Positions 25,215 through 34,541 of a DNA stretch of 64,000 nt are shown here, piece after piece. The stretch's first letter is position 1. The number at the start of each line of letters is the position of its first letter. The notes beneath the pieces were generated by a model. That model made no database searches. It was not told where the DNA came from and worked only from the letters and a program-made list of their open reading frames with translations. This DNA comes from a virus (taxonomy: Duplodnaviria; Caudoviricetes). The stretch lies in the IMG/VR virus record IMGVR_UViG_2974632701_000001, positions 1 to 64,000 of that record. One strand, 5' to 3'. Both the position numbers and the translations under genes were made by a program.

Positions 25215-25759
25215 TGACCATTTACTATGCAGGGATAGGAAGCCGTGAGACACCCGAAGACGTATGCAGAAAAATGTTTGCAGCAGGCAGGACAATGGCC
25301 AAGCTCGGATTCATTCTACGATCCGGGGGTGCTGACGGGGCAGATGCTGCTTTTGAATCAGGTGTGGCAAAAGCAGCTTCTGAACTCAATACCCACCTTG
25401 AATCTCTCGCAGAGATATATCTCCCATGGAAGGGGTTCAGGAAAAACCAGTCTCCTCTCTATGGTTCGTGCAAACGAGCTAGACTCCTTGCAAAAGAGTT
25501 TCACCCTAACTGGGCGAATGTCTCATGTGCAGGACGCGATTTTCATGGACGAAATATGTACCAGATTCTCGGACGTGAACTGGACAGACCTTCTTCCTTC
25601 GTCCTGTGTTGGACAAAAGACGGAGCAATTACCGGAGGTACAGGCCAAGCTCTCCGAGTGGCTCAAGAATATGGCATACCCATCCTCAATTTTGCATGTC
25701 ATGATGACCAGTACATCAGTGATTTTATTCTCGGAGCAGCAGAAAGGATGCGAGGATGA
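25214..25759 (+). CDS. DprA/SMF-like SLOG Rossmann-fold protein
   Basis: YAGIGSR, LRSGGADGAD, RNMYQILG, CWT...GGTGQA motifs. Confidence 0.8.
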   Translation: MTIYYAGIGSRETPEDVCRKMFAAGRTMAKLGFILRSGGADGADAAFESGVAKAASELNTHLESLAEIYLPWKGFRKNQSPLYGSCKRARLLAKEFHPNWANVSCAGRDFHGRNMYQILGRELDRPSSFVLCWTKDGAITGGTGQALRVAQEYGIPILNFACHDDQYISDFILGAAERMRG

Positions 25760-26106
25760 GCGAACACAACAAACAAGGACTTCGGTGGTGGATCTTCAAC
25801 AAATTCGGACCTCCCGAAGTACAGAACCTGATCGAGCATATCGACAATTTGACTCAGGACGGTTCGGACATTGCGATCTACCCCATTGGGGAGTTCCCCT
25901 TCAGTGTGAAAACTTCAAACAATCACGATCTGGATCCTCTGATCTTCCCCACTCCACAGGAACGAGCCTCTTTCCAAGCAGGTCTGAGTTACGGAGTTGG
26001 TTTGATGGGTGGATCCACAGCCATACTCACCAAGGATGACTTTGAAATCATTGAAGAAATGTCAAAGAAGTCCACACATGGTGGCGGAGGACATCACAAC
26101 AACTAA
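25756..26106 (+). CDS. Hypothetical protein
   Basis: 116 aa, ATGA overlap. Confidence 0.65.
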   Translation: MSEHNKQGLRWWIFNKFGPPEVQNLIEHIDNLTQDGSDIAIYPIGEFPFSVKTSNNHDLDPLIFPTPQERASFQAGLSYGVGLMGGSTAILTKDDFEIIEEMSKKSTHGGGGHHNN

Positions 26107-26179
26107 ATGTGCTTGCTCCACTAGAGAACCACTGGTACACCACAAGACCCATCTCAGTCAGAAAGCCAAGAGGTCAGCC

Positions 26180-28510
26180 ATGAGTCAAGCTCATTTCCCT
26201 CAACCTATTTCTGAACAGATCTGGAACCAAAAGTACCGTTTCAAGACGGAACGTGATGGCTTCATCTCTGATCAGAATGTGGTTGATACGTGGGGCAGGA
26301 TTGCACAAGCATGTTCCAACCTGCCACATTTCCACAACAATCATGCAGAACGTGAGGCTCTTGAGGCTCGCTTCTACAATGCTCTGTATGATTTCAAGTT
26401 CCTACCTGCTGGTAGGATCAACTCCGGTGCTGGAACAGGCCGGAACGTGACTCTCTTCAACTGCTACGTCATGGGTACTATCCCTGACAGCCTTGATGGT
26501 ATCTTCGATATGCTCAAGGAAGCTGCACTTACCATGCAGCAAGGTGGTGGAATCGGTTACGACTTCTCTACCCTTCGTCCCAAAGGTGCTCTTGTAAAGG
26601 GAGTGGAGAGCTTCTCCAGCGGTCCTCTCACCTTTATGGATGTCTGGGACTCCATGTGCAAAACCATTATGTCTGCTGGCTCCCGTCGTGGAGCTATGAT
26701 GGCCACCATGCGGTGTGATCATCCTGACATCATGGAGTTTGTCACAGCCAAACAGGATCCTCTGCGACTCCGTAACTTCAACGTCTCAGTTCTCTGTACG
26801 GATGAGTTCATGGAAGCAGTGGCTGCTGACAGTGATTGGGATCTCATGTTCGATGGTAAGGTCTACCAGACCATCAAAGCCAAAGAACTCTGGGAAACCA
26901 TTCTCTGGAACACCTACAACTACGCTGAACCCGGTGTGATCTTCATTGATCGCATCAACAAGGAAAACAATCTTTGGTTCCTTGAAACCATTGCAGCAAC
27001 AAATCCATGTGGTGAGCAACCGCTCCCTCCATATGGTGCATGTCTGCTCGGATCGGTGAATCTGGCAAAGCATGTCGTCTTTCCGTTTGTCAAAGGACAA
27101 GCTGAGATCGACATGAAAGCCTTGGAAGAATCGGTTCGCACTGGTGTTCGAATTCTCGACAGCGTGGTTGAAACAAGTCTCTTCCCACTGGAAGCACAGA
27201 GAGACGAAGCACGCTTCAAGCGTCGTCAAGGTCTCGGTGTGACTGGTTTGGCAGATGCTCTCTTCATGACTGGTCATCGGTACGGCAACCAACAAGCTGT
27301 TAATTTCACTGATACTATCATGATGAATATCGCTATCTGGGCTTACGAAGAGTCCATTCAGATGGCGAAAGAAATGGGTCCAGCCCCATGTCTCGTTCCT
27401 CTTGAAGCTCGTGAGAAGTTCATTCAATCAGGCTTCATGCAACGGATGCCAGAGTACATCAAAGATGACATTCTGGAATGGGGTATCCGTAACTCTCACC
27501 TGCTCTCTGTGGCTCCTACTGGAACCATCAGCATGTATGCAGGCAATGTGAGTTCAGGTGGTGAGCCTATCTTCGCTCCGAAGTATCAGCGTAAGGTCAC
27601 TAACGATGATGGAACCAAACGCACAGAAACAGTCTATGACTATGCTGTGCTGAAGTTCGAAGAACACTTTGGAGAAAACGACAATCCCGAAGCCATTTGG
27701 TGGTGGGAAAACTACATGGCAACAGCACAGGATCTCACTCCGTCTGATCACATTGTCATGCAGGCTGTGCTTCAGAAATGGGTAGACTCATCCATTTCTA
27801 AGACTGTCAATCTTCCTGAAGACATCAGCTTTGATGACTTCAAAGCAGTCTATGATCACGCCTACACTACTGGCTGTAAAGGTTGCACAACCTATCGGCC
27901 AAACGACGTGACAGGTTCTGTCTTGTCCGTTGAAACCAAAGAAGAAAAACCAGTCGAAACTAAGGTTGCAGAACCTGCTTACGACGGAGACATGCGTGTT
28001 ATGTCACGGCCTTCTGTCATCGACGGTACTACTTACAAGTGCCGTTGGGGTCAGGATAGCTACTATGTGACTTTCAACAATGTCATGGATCCTCAACACG
28101 ATTGGTTCATGCCTTTCGAGATCTTTATCAACTCCAAGAACGTGGAACACCATCAGTGGACTGCGGCTCTTACGAGGATGATCTCGGCAGTCTTCCAACG
28201 AGGTGGAGATGTCCGATTCGTTGCTGAAGAACTGAAGCAAATCCATGACCCGAAAGGTGGGCAATGGATTGAAGGGCGTTACTGTCCTTCTTTGGTTGCT
28301 CTCGTCGGCCAAAAGCTGAGTGAGCATCTCGACATGATTGGGTATCAATCGACCCCGGAATCAGTGCCTCTTGCTCCAGAGGAAGAAGTTCAAACGCAGC
28401 AGCCAGATCAGTCAGTCCCTGATCAATGCCCAAGCTGCAAGGGCTTCAATCTGATCACTGCTTCTGGATGCCCAACCTGTCAGGACTGTGGCTACAGTAA
28501 ATGTGGCTAA
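26180..28510 (+). CDS. nrdJ: Class II (adenosylcobalamin-dependent) ribonucleotide reductase with C-terminal TSCPD-like domain and Zn ribbon
   Basis: FLPAGRI, TLFNCY, GGGIG, TNPCGEQPL, APTGTIS, GCKGCTTYR, C-terminal CPSC...CQDCGYSKC; no nrdB gene in the window. Confidence 0.9.
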   Translation: MSQAHFPQPISEQIWNQKYRFKTERDGFISDQNVVDTWGRIAQACSNLPHFHNNHAEREALEARFYNALYDFKFLPAGRINSGAGTGRNVTLFNCYVMGTIPDSLDGIFDMLKEAALTMQQGGGIGYDFSTLRPKGALVKGVESFSSGPLTFMDVWDSMCKTIMSAGSRRGAMMATMRCDHPDIMEFVTAKQDPLRLRNFNVSVLCTDEFMEAVAADSDWDLMFDGKVYQTIKAKELWETILWNTYNYAEPGVIFIDRINKENNLWFLETIAATNPCGEQPLPPYGACLLGSVNLAKHVVFPFVKGQAEIDMKALEESVRTGVRILDSVVETSLFPLEAQRDEARFKRRQGLGVTGLADALFMTGHRYGNQQAVNFTDTIMMNIAIWAYEESIQMAKEMGPAPCLVPLEAREKFIQSGFMQRMPEYIKDDILEWGIRNSHLLSVAPTGTISMYAGNVSSGGEPIFAPKYQRKVTNDDGTKRTETVYDYAVLKFEEHFGENDNPEAIWWWENYMATAQDLTPSDHIVMQAVLQKWVDSSISKTVNLPEDISFDDFKAVYDHAYTTGCKGCTTYRPNDVTGSVLSVETKEEKPVETKVAEPAYDGDMRVMSRPSVIDGTTYKCRWGQDSYYVTFNNVMDPQHDWFMPFEIFINSKNVEHHQWTAALTRMISAVFQRGGDVRFVAEELKQIHDPKGGQWIEGRYCPSLVALVGQKLSEHLDMIGYQSTPESVPLAPEEEVQTQQPDQSVPDQCPSCKGFNLITASGCPTCQDCGYSKCG

Positions 28511-28537
28511 TCTACTGAGACTATCAATCTCAAAACG

Positions 28538-28569
28538 TCCCCCCATCAGAAATGGTGGGGGGATTTTTT
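28538..28569 (+). terminator. Intrinsic terminator
   Basis: TCCCCCCATCA-GAAA-TGGTGGGGGGA followed by T6. Confidence 0.85.
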
Positions 28570-28582
28570 CATCGAGGATACC

Positions 28583-28951
28583 ATGATCGAACTTTCTTAT
28601 GAGAACGTCAAAAATGGCTTAGACAAACAGATCAGCATGACCTGTCTATGCACTACTCAACAAGAAACTGATCGTGTATTTCGAAATGCCTTGGTTCTCT
28701 GGGGGGATCTACCTACATCCAGACCTCATCTCAATGAACGACTCATTGATATGGTTACTGAATCTGGAAAGATGTTTTCTCTTAGATTTCAAAGATTTGA
28801 AGCGTATGCTTCAAGTAACTGGAAAGGATTCAGAGGCGTATTTATGCTTCATCCTTCCATCAACCCACAAGAAATACTGCCAAGAATGTACGAGCAGTAC
28901 AAAGAAATGGTAGCTCACAATGAAAGGTATCTTGAGCAATGGCGAGCCTGA
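28583..28951 (+). CDS. Hypothetical protein
   Basis: 122 aa, GAGGA RBS. Confidence 0.65.
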   Translation: MIELSYENVKNGLDKQISMTCLCTTQQETDRVFRNALVLWGDLPTSRPHLNERLIDMVTESGKMFSLRFQRFEAYASSNWKGFRGVFMLHPSINPQEILPRMYEQYKEMVAHNERYLEQWRA

Positions 28952-30216
28952 ACCAAGAACAACGAGACGCATTTCAGGATGTACTTGCCTTCATCAATGA
29001 TCCTGACCGAAAATTCCACAGGGTTTCTGGTGGAGCAGGTACAGGAAAGAGCTTCTTCATTTCCAAAGTCACCGACGACATCCTGAAACACAAAGGACCA
29101 GACTGTCCCCTTACATCTGTAGCAGTCACTGCTACCACCAACAAAGCAGCAGCAGTCCTCAAGGCTGCAATGCAACATCGTCGTGGAGACATCCAGACGA
29201 TCTATTCATTCATGAATCTCAGAGTCCATAACGACTTCACTTCAGGTGATAAGCGTGTGGTTCCTACTGCCAAGTGGGAAGTCCATGACCGGACTCTGAT
29301 CATTGTCGATGAAGCCTCAATGGTCAACAAAACCCTGTATGACTACATCGACAAGGGAACCACCAAGAACTGCAAGATCCTTTTTGTCGGAGACAGAAAT
29401 CAGCTTGCTCCTGTCAAAGAGAATATCTCTCCTGTCTATTCGAAGAAGAAGACTGAGAGTTTCCTCATCTCTCCTGTTCGTCAACAGAATCAGAAAGCTC
29501 TCATGGAGCTTGCAGAGATGGCCAAGGATACTGTTCTGACAGGTGTGTTCCATCCCATCAAAGAAGTTCCTGGTGTGATCGACTTCGTTACAGGAAACCA
29601 ACTCAAAGGGATTCTGGAACGAGAGTATCACAAAGAGGATCCCAACAAGAGGCTCCTCTGCTACACCAATGAGCGAGTCATCAACTACAATCTCTATGTT
29701 CGTCAGCTTCGTGGATACACGCAGAACTATGAGGTTGGAGAGATGCTTACCAACAACTCATCGGCAGAACTCGTTGATAAGACACGTCTTTACACTGACC
29801 AAGTGGTAGAGGTGATCCAACGAGGTCAAGCCTATGAGAACGATCAGATCGTACCCGGAGCCATCATTGACATGGTTGATCTCGTGGTTCGGGATCCAGA
29901 GACGTTTGCAATCTACAACGTCACTGTGACCGAAGATCCCAATGATCGTGAAGAGGTGCTCAAATACTGGAAGTCCAGAAAAAAGTGGGATCGGTTCTTC
30001 AAATTCCAAGATAACCATCCTGACCTTCGTTCTGTGGCGGCCAGCACAACTCACAAAGCACAGGGTTCAACCTATGATGAAGTAATCGTGGACCTTGCTG
30101 ACATTGGCAAGTGTACCCAAACCGACATGGCAGCCCGTCTTCAGTACGTGGCTCTCACTCGACCCAAGAATCGCCTCTACATCAGAGGTGAGCTTCCCGA
30201 AAGGTTCTTCCAATGA
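28939..30216 (+). CDS. Dda/RecD-like SF1 DNA helicase (N4 gp37-like)
   Basis: GGAGTGKS, IIVDEASM, VGDRNQLAPV, TTHKAQGST, YVALTR. Confidence 0.93.
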   Translation: MASLNQEQRDAFQDVLAFINDPDRKFHRVSGGAGTGKSFFISKVTDDILKHKGPDCPLTSVAVTATTNKAAAVLKAAMQHRRGDIQTIYSFMNLRVHNDFTSGDKRVVPTAKWEVHDRTLIIVDEASMVNKTLYDYIDKGTTKNCKILFVGDRNQLAPVKENISPVYSKKKTESFLISPVRQQNQKALMELAEMAKDTVLTGVFHPIKEVPGVIDFVTGNQLKGILEREYHKEDPNKRLLCYTNERVINYNLYVRQLRGYTQNYEVGEMLTNNSSAELVDKTRLYTDQVVEVIQRGQAYENDQIVPGAIIDMVDLVVRDPETFAIYNVTVTEDPNDREEVLKYWKSRKKWDRFFKFQDNHPDLRSVAASTTHKAQGSTYDEVIVDLADIGKCTQTDMAARLQYVALTRPKNRLYIRGELPERFFQ

Positions 30217-30542
30217 TCAGCAAAGCCTGTCAATCATTCACCATCCGAATCTGGATGGCTGGGAACTATGCTCGGGCCGAAGAGATCTGTCGTGAGTTCT
30301 GTGAACGGGGCATGTGTGTAAGCATATGCCCCATGAACTACATCTACACAGGTGGTGAAGAGAGTGGCTTCTGCGTCACACTCATCAACTACCCTCGCTT
30401 CCCCAAACCAATCATCGACCTCAAGGATATCGCTTTTGAGCTTGCCACCAAGCTCATGGAAGGACTACACCAACAGTCTTTCACCATCGAGAATCCTACA
30501 GAGATGCTCTTCTTCTCTAAGAGGCCAGAAGACACGAGGTAA
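30213..30542 (+). CDS. N4 gp38-like conserved protein
   Basis: YIYTGGEESGF..LINYPRFP, located between helicase and DNA polymerase. Confidence 0.7.
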   Translation: MISKACQSFTIRIWMAGNYARAEEICREFCERGMCVSICPMNYIYTGGEESGFCVTLINYPRFPKPIIDLKDIAFELATKLMEGLHQQSFTIENPTEMLFFSKRPEDTR

Positions 30543-30545
30543 ACC

Positions 30546-33176
30546 ATGCACTATGAAATCATTGGCAAAGGCCGTCCTGCAAGGATAGCCATTCTTGTTC
30601 CCCGGATCCAAAAGACTGAGGTGATCAAACACTACATGCCAGTGCTTTCCCAGTTGAACGAAGAGGTCATGATCTGTGATATCTATTTGAATCGTAAGAA
30701 GAAAAAGACATCACACACTGAGATCAAAGAGTATCTGGATGACCTCCTTCCAAACATCATCAACGCTGGCATTGAGTTTCTGGTTGTCGCTCAACCAGAT
30801 TACTTCAAGGTACTGACAAAACAGGGGAAGACCGATGCGAACATTGGTGACATTTTTGACACAGTGGGTGGTCTCAAGACTACATACATCCCCCACTACT
30901 CCCGTGTTTTCTACGATCCGGAAAAAACCAAAGCCAAGATTGACCAAGGACTTCAGTCCGTCCTCTCCTATCTTGGATCCGGAACCTACAGAAAACTTGG
31001 CTCGAATATCATCCATTCAGCCACGTATCCATCTTCGCTGAAGGAAAAGCTCGATTGGCTAGACAAGCTGATCGAGATGGATGTTGATCTGTCCTGCGAT
31101 ATCGAAGGCTTCTCACTGAAGCACTATGATGCAGGTATAGGAACCATCACCTTCTGCTGGGATCAGCACAACGGCATTGCCTTTGAGGTGGATAACACCA
31201 AAACAAAGGCAGAGGATCACGTCCTTCGCCAAGCTCTGAAGACCTTCTTCTATAGGTATCGAGCCACTGGCCGACGTATGATCTACCATAACATCTGTTA
31301 TGATGCCTATGTGCTGATCTACCAATTATTCATGGACCATATCCTTGACCAAGAAGGTCTTCTTGAGGGTCTGGACGTGATGCTTGAGAACTGGGAATGC
31401 ACCCAGTTGATCACCTACCTTGCAACCAACAGTTGTGCTGGCAATGAGCTTGGTCTCAAAGCACAAGCACAGGAATTCGCTGGGAATTATGCTGTCGAGG
31501 ATATCCAAGACATCACCCAAATCGAACTTCCAAAGCTGTTGGAATACAACCTTGTGGACGGTCTCTCGACTTGGTTCGTGTACAACAAACACTACCAAAC
31601 AATGATCAACGATCAGCAGTTCGAGATCTATACAGGACTCTTCAAAGATGCTGTGAAAGACATTATTCAGATGCAGTTGACTGGTCTTCCGGTCAACATG
31701 GATAAGGTCATCAAGCTGAACGATCAGCTTGGTGCTGAGTCTGAGCATAACGTCTGGAAGATGTTGCAGACCAAAATCGTTCAAGGTTTTGTCTATCAGC
31801 TTGAAGAGGATGCTCTGAAGAAGAAGAACGAAAAGCTCAAGACCAAAGTCGTCACTCGTGTAGACCTTGGTTCAACTCAGGATCTGATGGTTGCTTTCAA
31901 CCCCGGATCCGCTCCACAGCTTCAACGTCTTCTGTATTCAGATGAGTTCCTAGGACTTCCTGTCCTTGATCTCACAGACTCTGGGCTACCAAGCACAGGT
32001 GCTGACACTCTGGAGAAACTTCTGAACCAGAACATTTCTGAGGAAACCAAGGAATTCTTGAACATCCTTCTGGAGTACAAGGCTTCTGCGATCATCCTCA
32101 GTACCTTCTTGCCAGCTTTCCTGAAGGCATGTCCCGGTCCTGATGGGTGGCACTACCTCTTTGGTAACTTCAGACTTGGTGGGACTCTGAGTGGTCGGTT
32201 GTCATCAAACAATCCGAACCTTCAGAATATCCCGTCATCTGCTGGTGGTCCTTTGAAGTCTCGACTTGCAAAGCTCATCAAAAAATGCTTTGAAGCTCCT
32301 CCCGGATGGCTCTTTGTGGGTCTCGACTTCGACTCATTAGAAGACAGAATCTCTGCTCTTCAAACCAAAGACCCAGAAAAACTGAAGGTGTATACGGATG
32401 GTTACGATGGTCATTCTCTACGGGCCTATGGTTATTTTGGCGATCAAATGCCAGATATCGACCCTTCTTCTGTGGATTCAATCAACTCGATTGCAAAGAA
32501 GTACAAGCCTTTGAGACAGGAAAGCAAAGCTCCTACCTTTGCTCTCACCTATCAAGGTACGTTCCACACTCTCATGGTCAACTGTGGTTTCTCCAAAGAG
32601 AAGGCTCAGGACATCGAGAACAAGTACAAGAAGATGTACAAGGTCTCGATTGAGTATGTGGAGAAGAAGCTCGAACAGGCTACTCGTGATGGCTACATCA
32701 CTGTAGCTTTCGGTCTACGTGTTCGTACTCCTCTGCTTGCACAGACTATCCTTGGAACCAACAAGACACCCAAGGAAGCAGCAGCAGAAGGCAGGACAGC
32801 AGGTAACGCTATGGGTCAGTCATACTGTATGCTGAACTCCAGAGCCGCATCTGAGTTTATGAAGAAGGTCAGAGCGTCTAAGCATAAGCTGGACATCAAA
32901 CCATGTGCTCACATCCACGATGCCCAATACTACTTGGTGCGTGATGGAGCATATGAAGCTCTGATGTATCTGAATGAGCATCTGCCCAAAGCTGTTGCTT
33001 GGCAGGATGATCCTGAGATCTGGCACGATCAAGTCAAACTCTCTGGTTCGGTAGAGATCTTCTATCCGAACTGGAACCATGGGTTCGACATTCCCAATGC
33101 AGCCAATGAGAACACGATCAAAGATCGTATCAAAGCTCACTTGGCTGAACTCAAAGAAAAAGGAATCGCAGCATGA
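30546..33176 (+). CDS. Family A DNA polymerase with 3'-5' exonuclease (N4 gp39-like)
   Basis: CDIEGF exo I, TLSGRLSSNNPNLQNIP, LDFDSLED, KAPTFALTY, HIHDAQY. Confidence 0.95.
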   Translation: MHYEIIGKGRPARIAILVPRIQKTEVIKHYMPVLSQLNEEVMICDIYLNRKKKKTSHTEIKEYLDDLLPNIINAGIEFLVVAQPDYFKVLTKQGKTDANIGDIFDTVGGLKTTYIPHYSRVFYDPEKTKAKIDQGLQSVLSYLGSGTYRKLGSNIIHSATYPSSLKEKLDWLDKLIEMDVDLSCDIEGFSLKHYDAGIGTITFCWDQHNGIAFEVDNTKTKAEDHVLRQALKTFFYRYRATGRRMIYHNICYDAYVLIYQLFMDHILDQEGLLEGLDVMLENWECTQLITYLATNSCAGNELGLKAQAQEFAGNYAVEDIQDITQIELPKLLEYNLVDGLSTWFVYNKHYQTMINDQQFEIYTGLFKDAVKDIIQMQLTGLPVNMDKVIKLNDQLGAESEHNVWKMLQTKIVQGFVYQLEEDALKKKNEKLKTKVVTRVDLGSTQDLMVAFNPGSAPQLQRLLYSDEFLGLPVLDLTDSGLPSTGADTLEKLLNQNISEETKEFLNILLEYKASAIILSTFLPAFLKACPGPDGWHYLFGNFRLGGTLSGRLSSNNPNLQNIPSSAGGPLKSRLAKLIKKCFEAPPGWLFVGLDFDSLEDRISALQTKDPEKLKVYTDGYDGHSLRAYGYFGDQMPDIDPSSVDSINSIAKKYKPLRQESKAPTFALTYQGTFHTLMVNCGFSKEKAQDIENKYKKMYKVSIEYVEKKLEQATRDGYITVAFGLRVRTPLLAQTILGTNKTPKEAAAEGRTAGNAMGQSYCMLNSRAASEFMKKVRASKHKLDIKPCAHIHDAQYYLVRDGAYEALMYLNEHLPKAVAWQDDPEIWHDQVKLSGSVEIFYPNWNHGFDIPNAANENTIKDRIKAHLAELKEKGIAA

Positions 33177-33541
33177 CGCGACCAATCAACACTCTTGTAG
33201 ATAAGGCAGCCTATGTCTTGCACATGACCAACAAAGCATGGTGTGAGGCAAATGGTGACTTCTCTCAACCACATTGGAATGATATGCCTGACTGGCAGTA
33301 CCAGTCTATCAAAGACGGTATCGACTTCCATATGAACAACCCAGACGCAGGCGATTCTGCATCCCATGACAATTGGATGAAGATGAAGCTGAATGAAGGG
33401 TGGGTCTATGGTCCTGTCAAAAACCCAGAGGCATCTCCTCCTACCCATCCTTGTTTGGTTTCTTTCGAGGAACTTCCTCAAGAGCAACAAATCAAGGACG
33501 CACTCTTCCGTGCGGTCTTCCATACAATTCTGAAAGACTGA
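33173..33541 (+). CDS. Stand-alone RyR-domain protein
   Basis: HDNWMKMKLNEGWVYGPVK...HPCLVSFEELP...KD. Confidence 0.8.
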   Translation: MTRPINTLVDKAAYVLHMTNKAWCEANGDFSQPHWNDMPDWQYQSIKDGIDFHMNNPDAGDSASHDNWMKMKLNEGWVYGPVKNPEASPPTHPCLVSFEELPQEQQIKDALFRAVFHTILKD

Positions 33542-33545
33542 ACCA

Positions 33546-34541
33546 ATGAAAAAACTGACCAACCAACATCAGATCGACCTGCCTATTGCAGTGTGGCTTC
33601 TTCAGAACGGCTATTACAGCGGGGCTGATGTCGCTCCTGAAGGTGAGTTGATCAGCGTCACTACCCTGATGAAGCCTACTCGTAGGCTGATTCTGGAACG
33701 TCAGGTAGACCAGACCCAAGAGGTCATGGATGTATCTGACTTGATTGCCTCTCGTGTGGGTCATGGTCTTCATGACTCTATCGAGCGGGCATGGACAGAA
33801 GGCGACTGGAGAGGGGCGATGCGGCGTCTCCATTATCCCCAGTCAGTGATTGATCGAGTAAAGATCAATCCAGATCCTTCTGAGGTCAGTGGGAACGATA
33901 TTCCCATCTTCTTGGAGCAGCGTCGATTCAAGGAGATAGGGGGTGTCGTTCTCACTGGCCAGTTGGATTTCGCCATCAACGGTGCATACCGTGACGTGAA
34001 GACCACTTCGACTTTCAGCTACACCAGTGGCAAGAAAGACAAGGACTACATCCTTCAGGGTTCGATGTACCGTTACATCATGCCAGAGTTTATCTGGCAG
34101 GATACCATGAGGATTGAGTTCATCTTCACTGACTGGCTGAAGTATCGGGCCGAGAGTGATCCGAACTATCCCCAAGCCAAGGTAGCTCACAAAGAGTATC
34201 CCCTCATGAGTGAGGCTGATACTGAGCGTTGGATCCTTGACAAGCTGGCTGATATCAAGAAGAACGCTCGTCTCACTCACAACCAAGACAAGCTAGTTCG
34301 TTGCACTGACGACGAACTCTGGAAGCAGCCTGACAGCTACAAGTATTACGCCAACCCGGAAACAGCTAATGCTGGGGGGCGTGCTCAGAAGAGCTTTGAA
34401 AGTCTCGCTGACGCAGAACTGCACAAAAAAGAGAAAGGTAAAGGGGTCATCGTCTCCGTACCCGGAGAAGTGAAAGCCTGTACCTATTGTCCAGCCTTCT
34501 CGGTCTGTGAACAACGTAAGGAGTATTTCCCGGATGTCTAA
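33546..34541 (+). CDS. PD-(D/E)xK (Cas4-like) exonuclease (N4 gp42-like)
   Basis: TGQLD...DVKTT; C-terminal CTYC..FSVC cysteine cluster. Confidence 0.8.
   Translation: MKKLTNQHQIDLPIAVWLLQNGYYSGADVAPEGELISVTTLMKPTRRLILERQVDQTQEVMDVSDLIASRVGHGLHDSIERAWTEGDWRGAMRRLHYPQSVIDRVKINPDPSEVSGNDIPIFLEQRRFKEIGGVVLTGQLDFAINGAYRDVKTTSTFSYTSGKKDKDYILQGSMYRYIMPEFIWQDTMRIEFIFTDWLKYRAESDPNYPQAKVAHKEYPLMSEADTERWILDKLADIKKNARLTHNQDKLVRCTDDELWKQPDSYKYYANPETANAGGRAQKSFESLADAELHKKEKGKGVIVSVPGEVKACTYCPAFSVCEQRKEYFPDV

Noticed and set aside
26107-26179. Cobalamin riboswitch upstream of nrdJ
   Set aside because: The gap is only about 70 nt with no B12-box-like motif or adequate stems.
30546-33176. Intein or intron in DNA polymerase, RNR or helicase
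   Set aside because: Lengths match intein-free N4-like homologues; no C/S...HN splice motifs or LAGLIDADG blocks were noticed and the frames are continuous.
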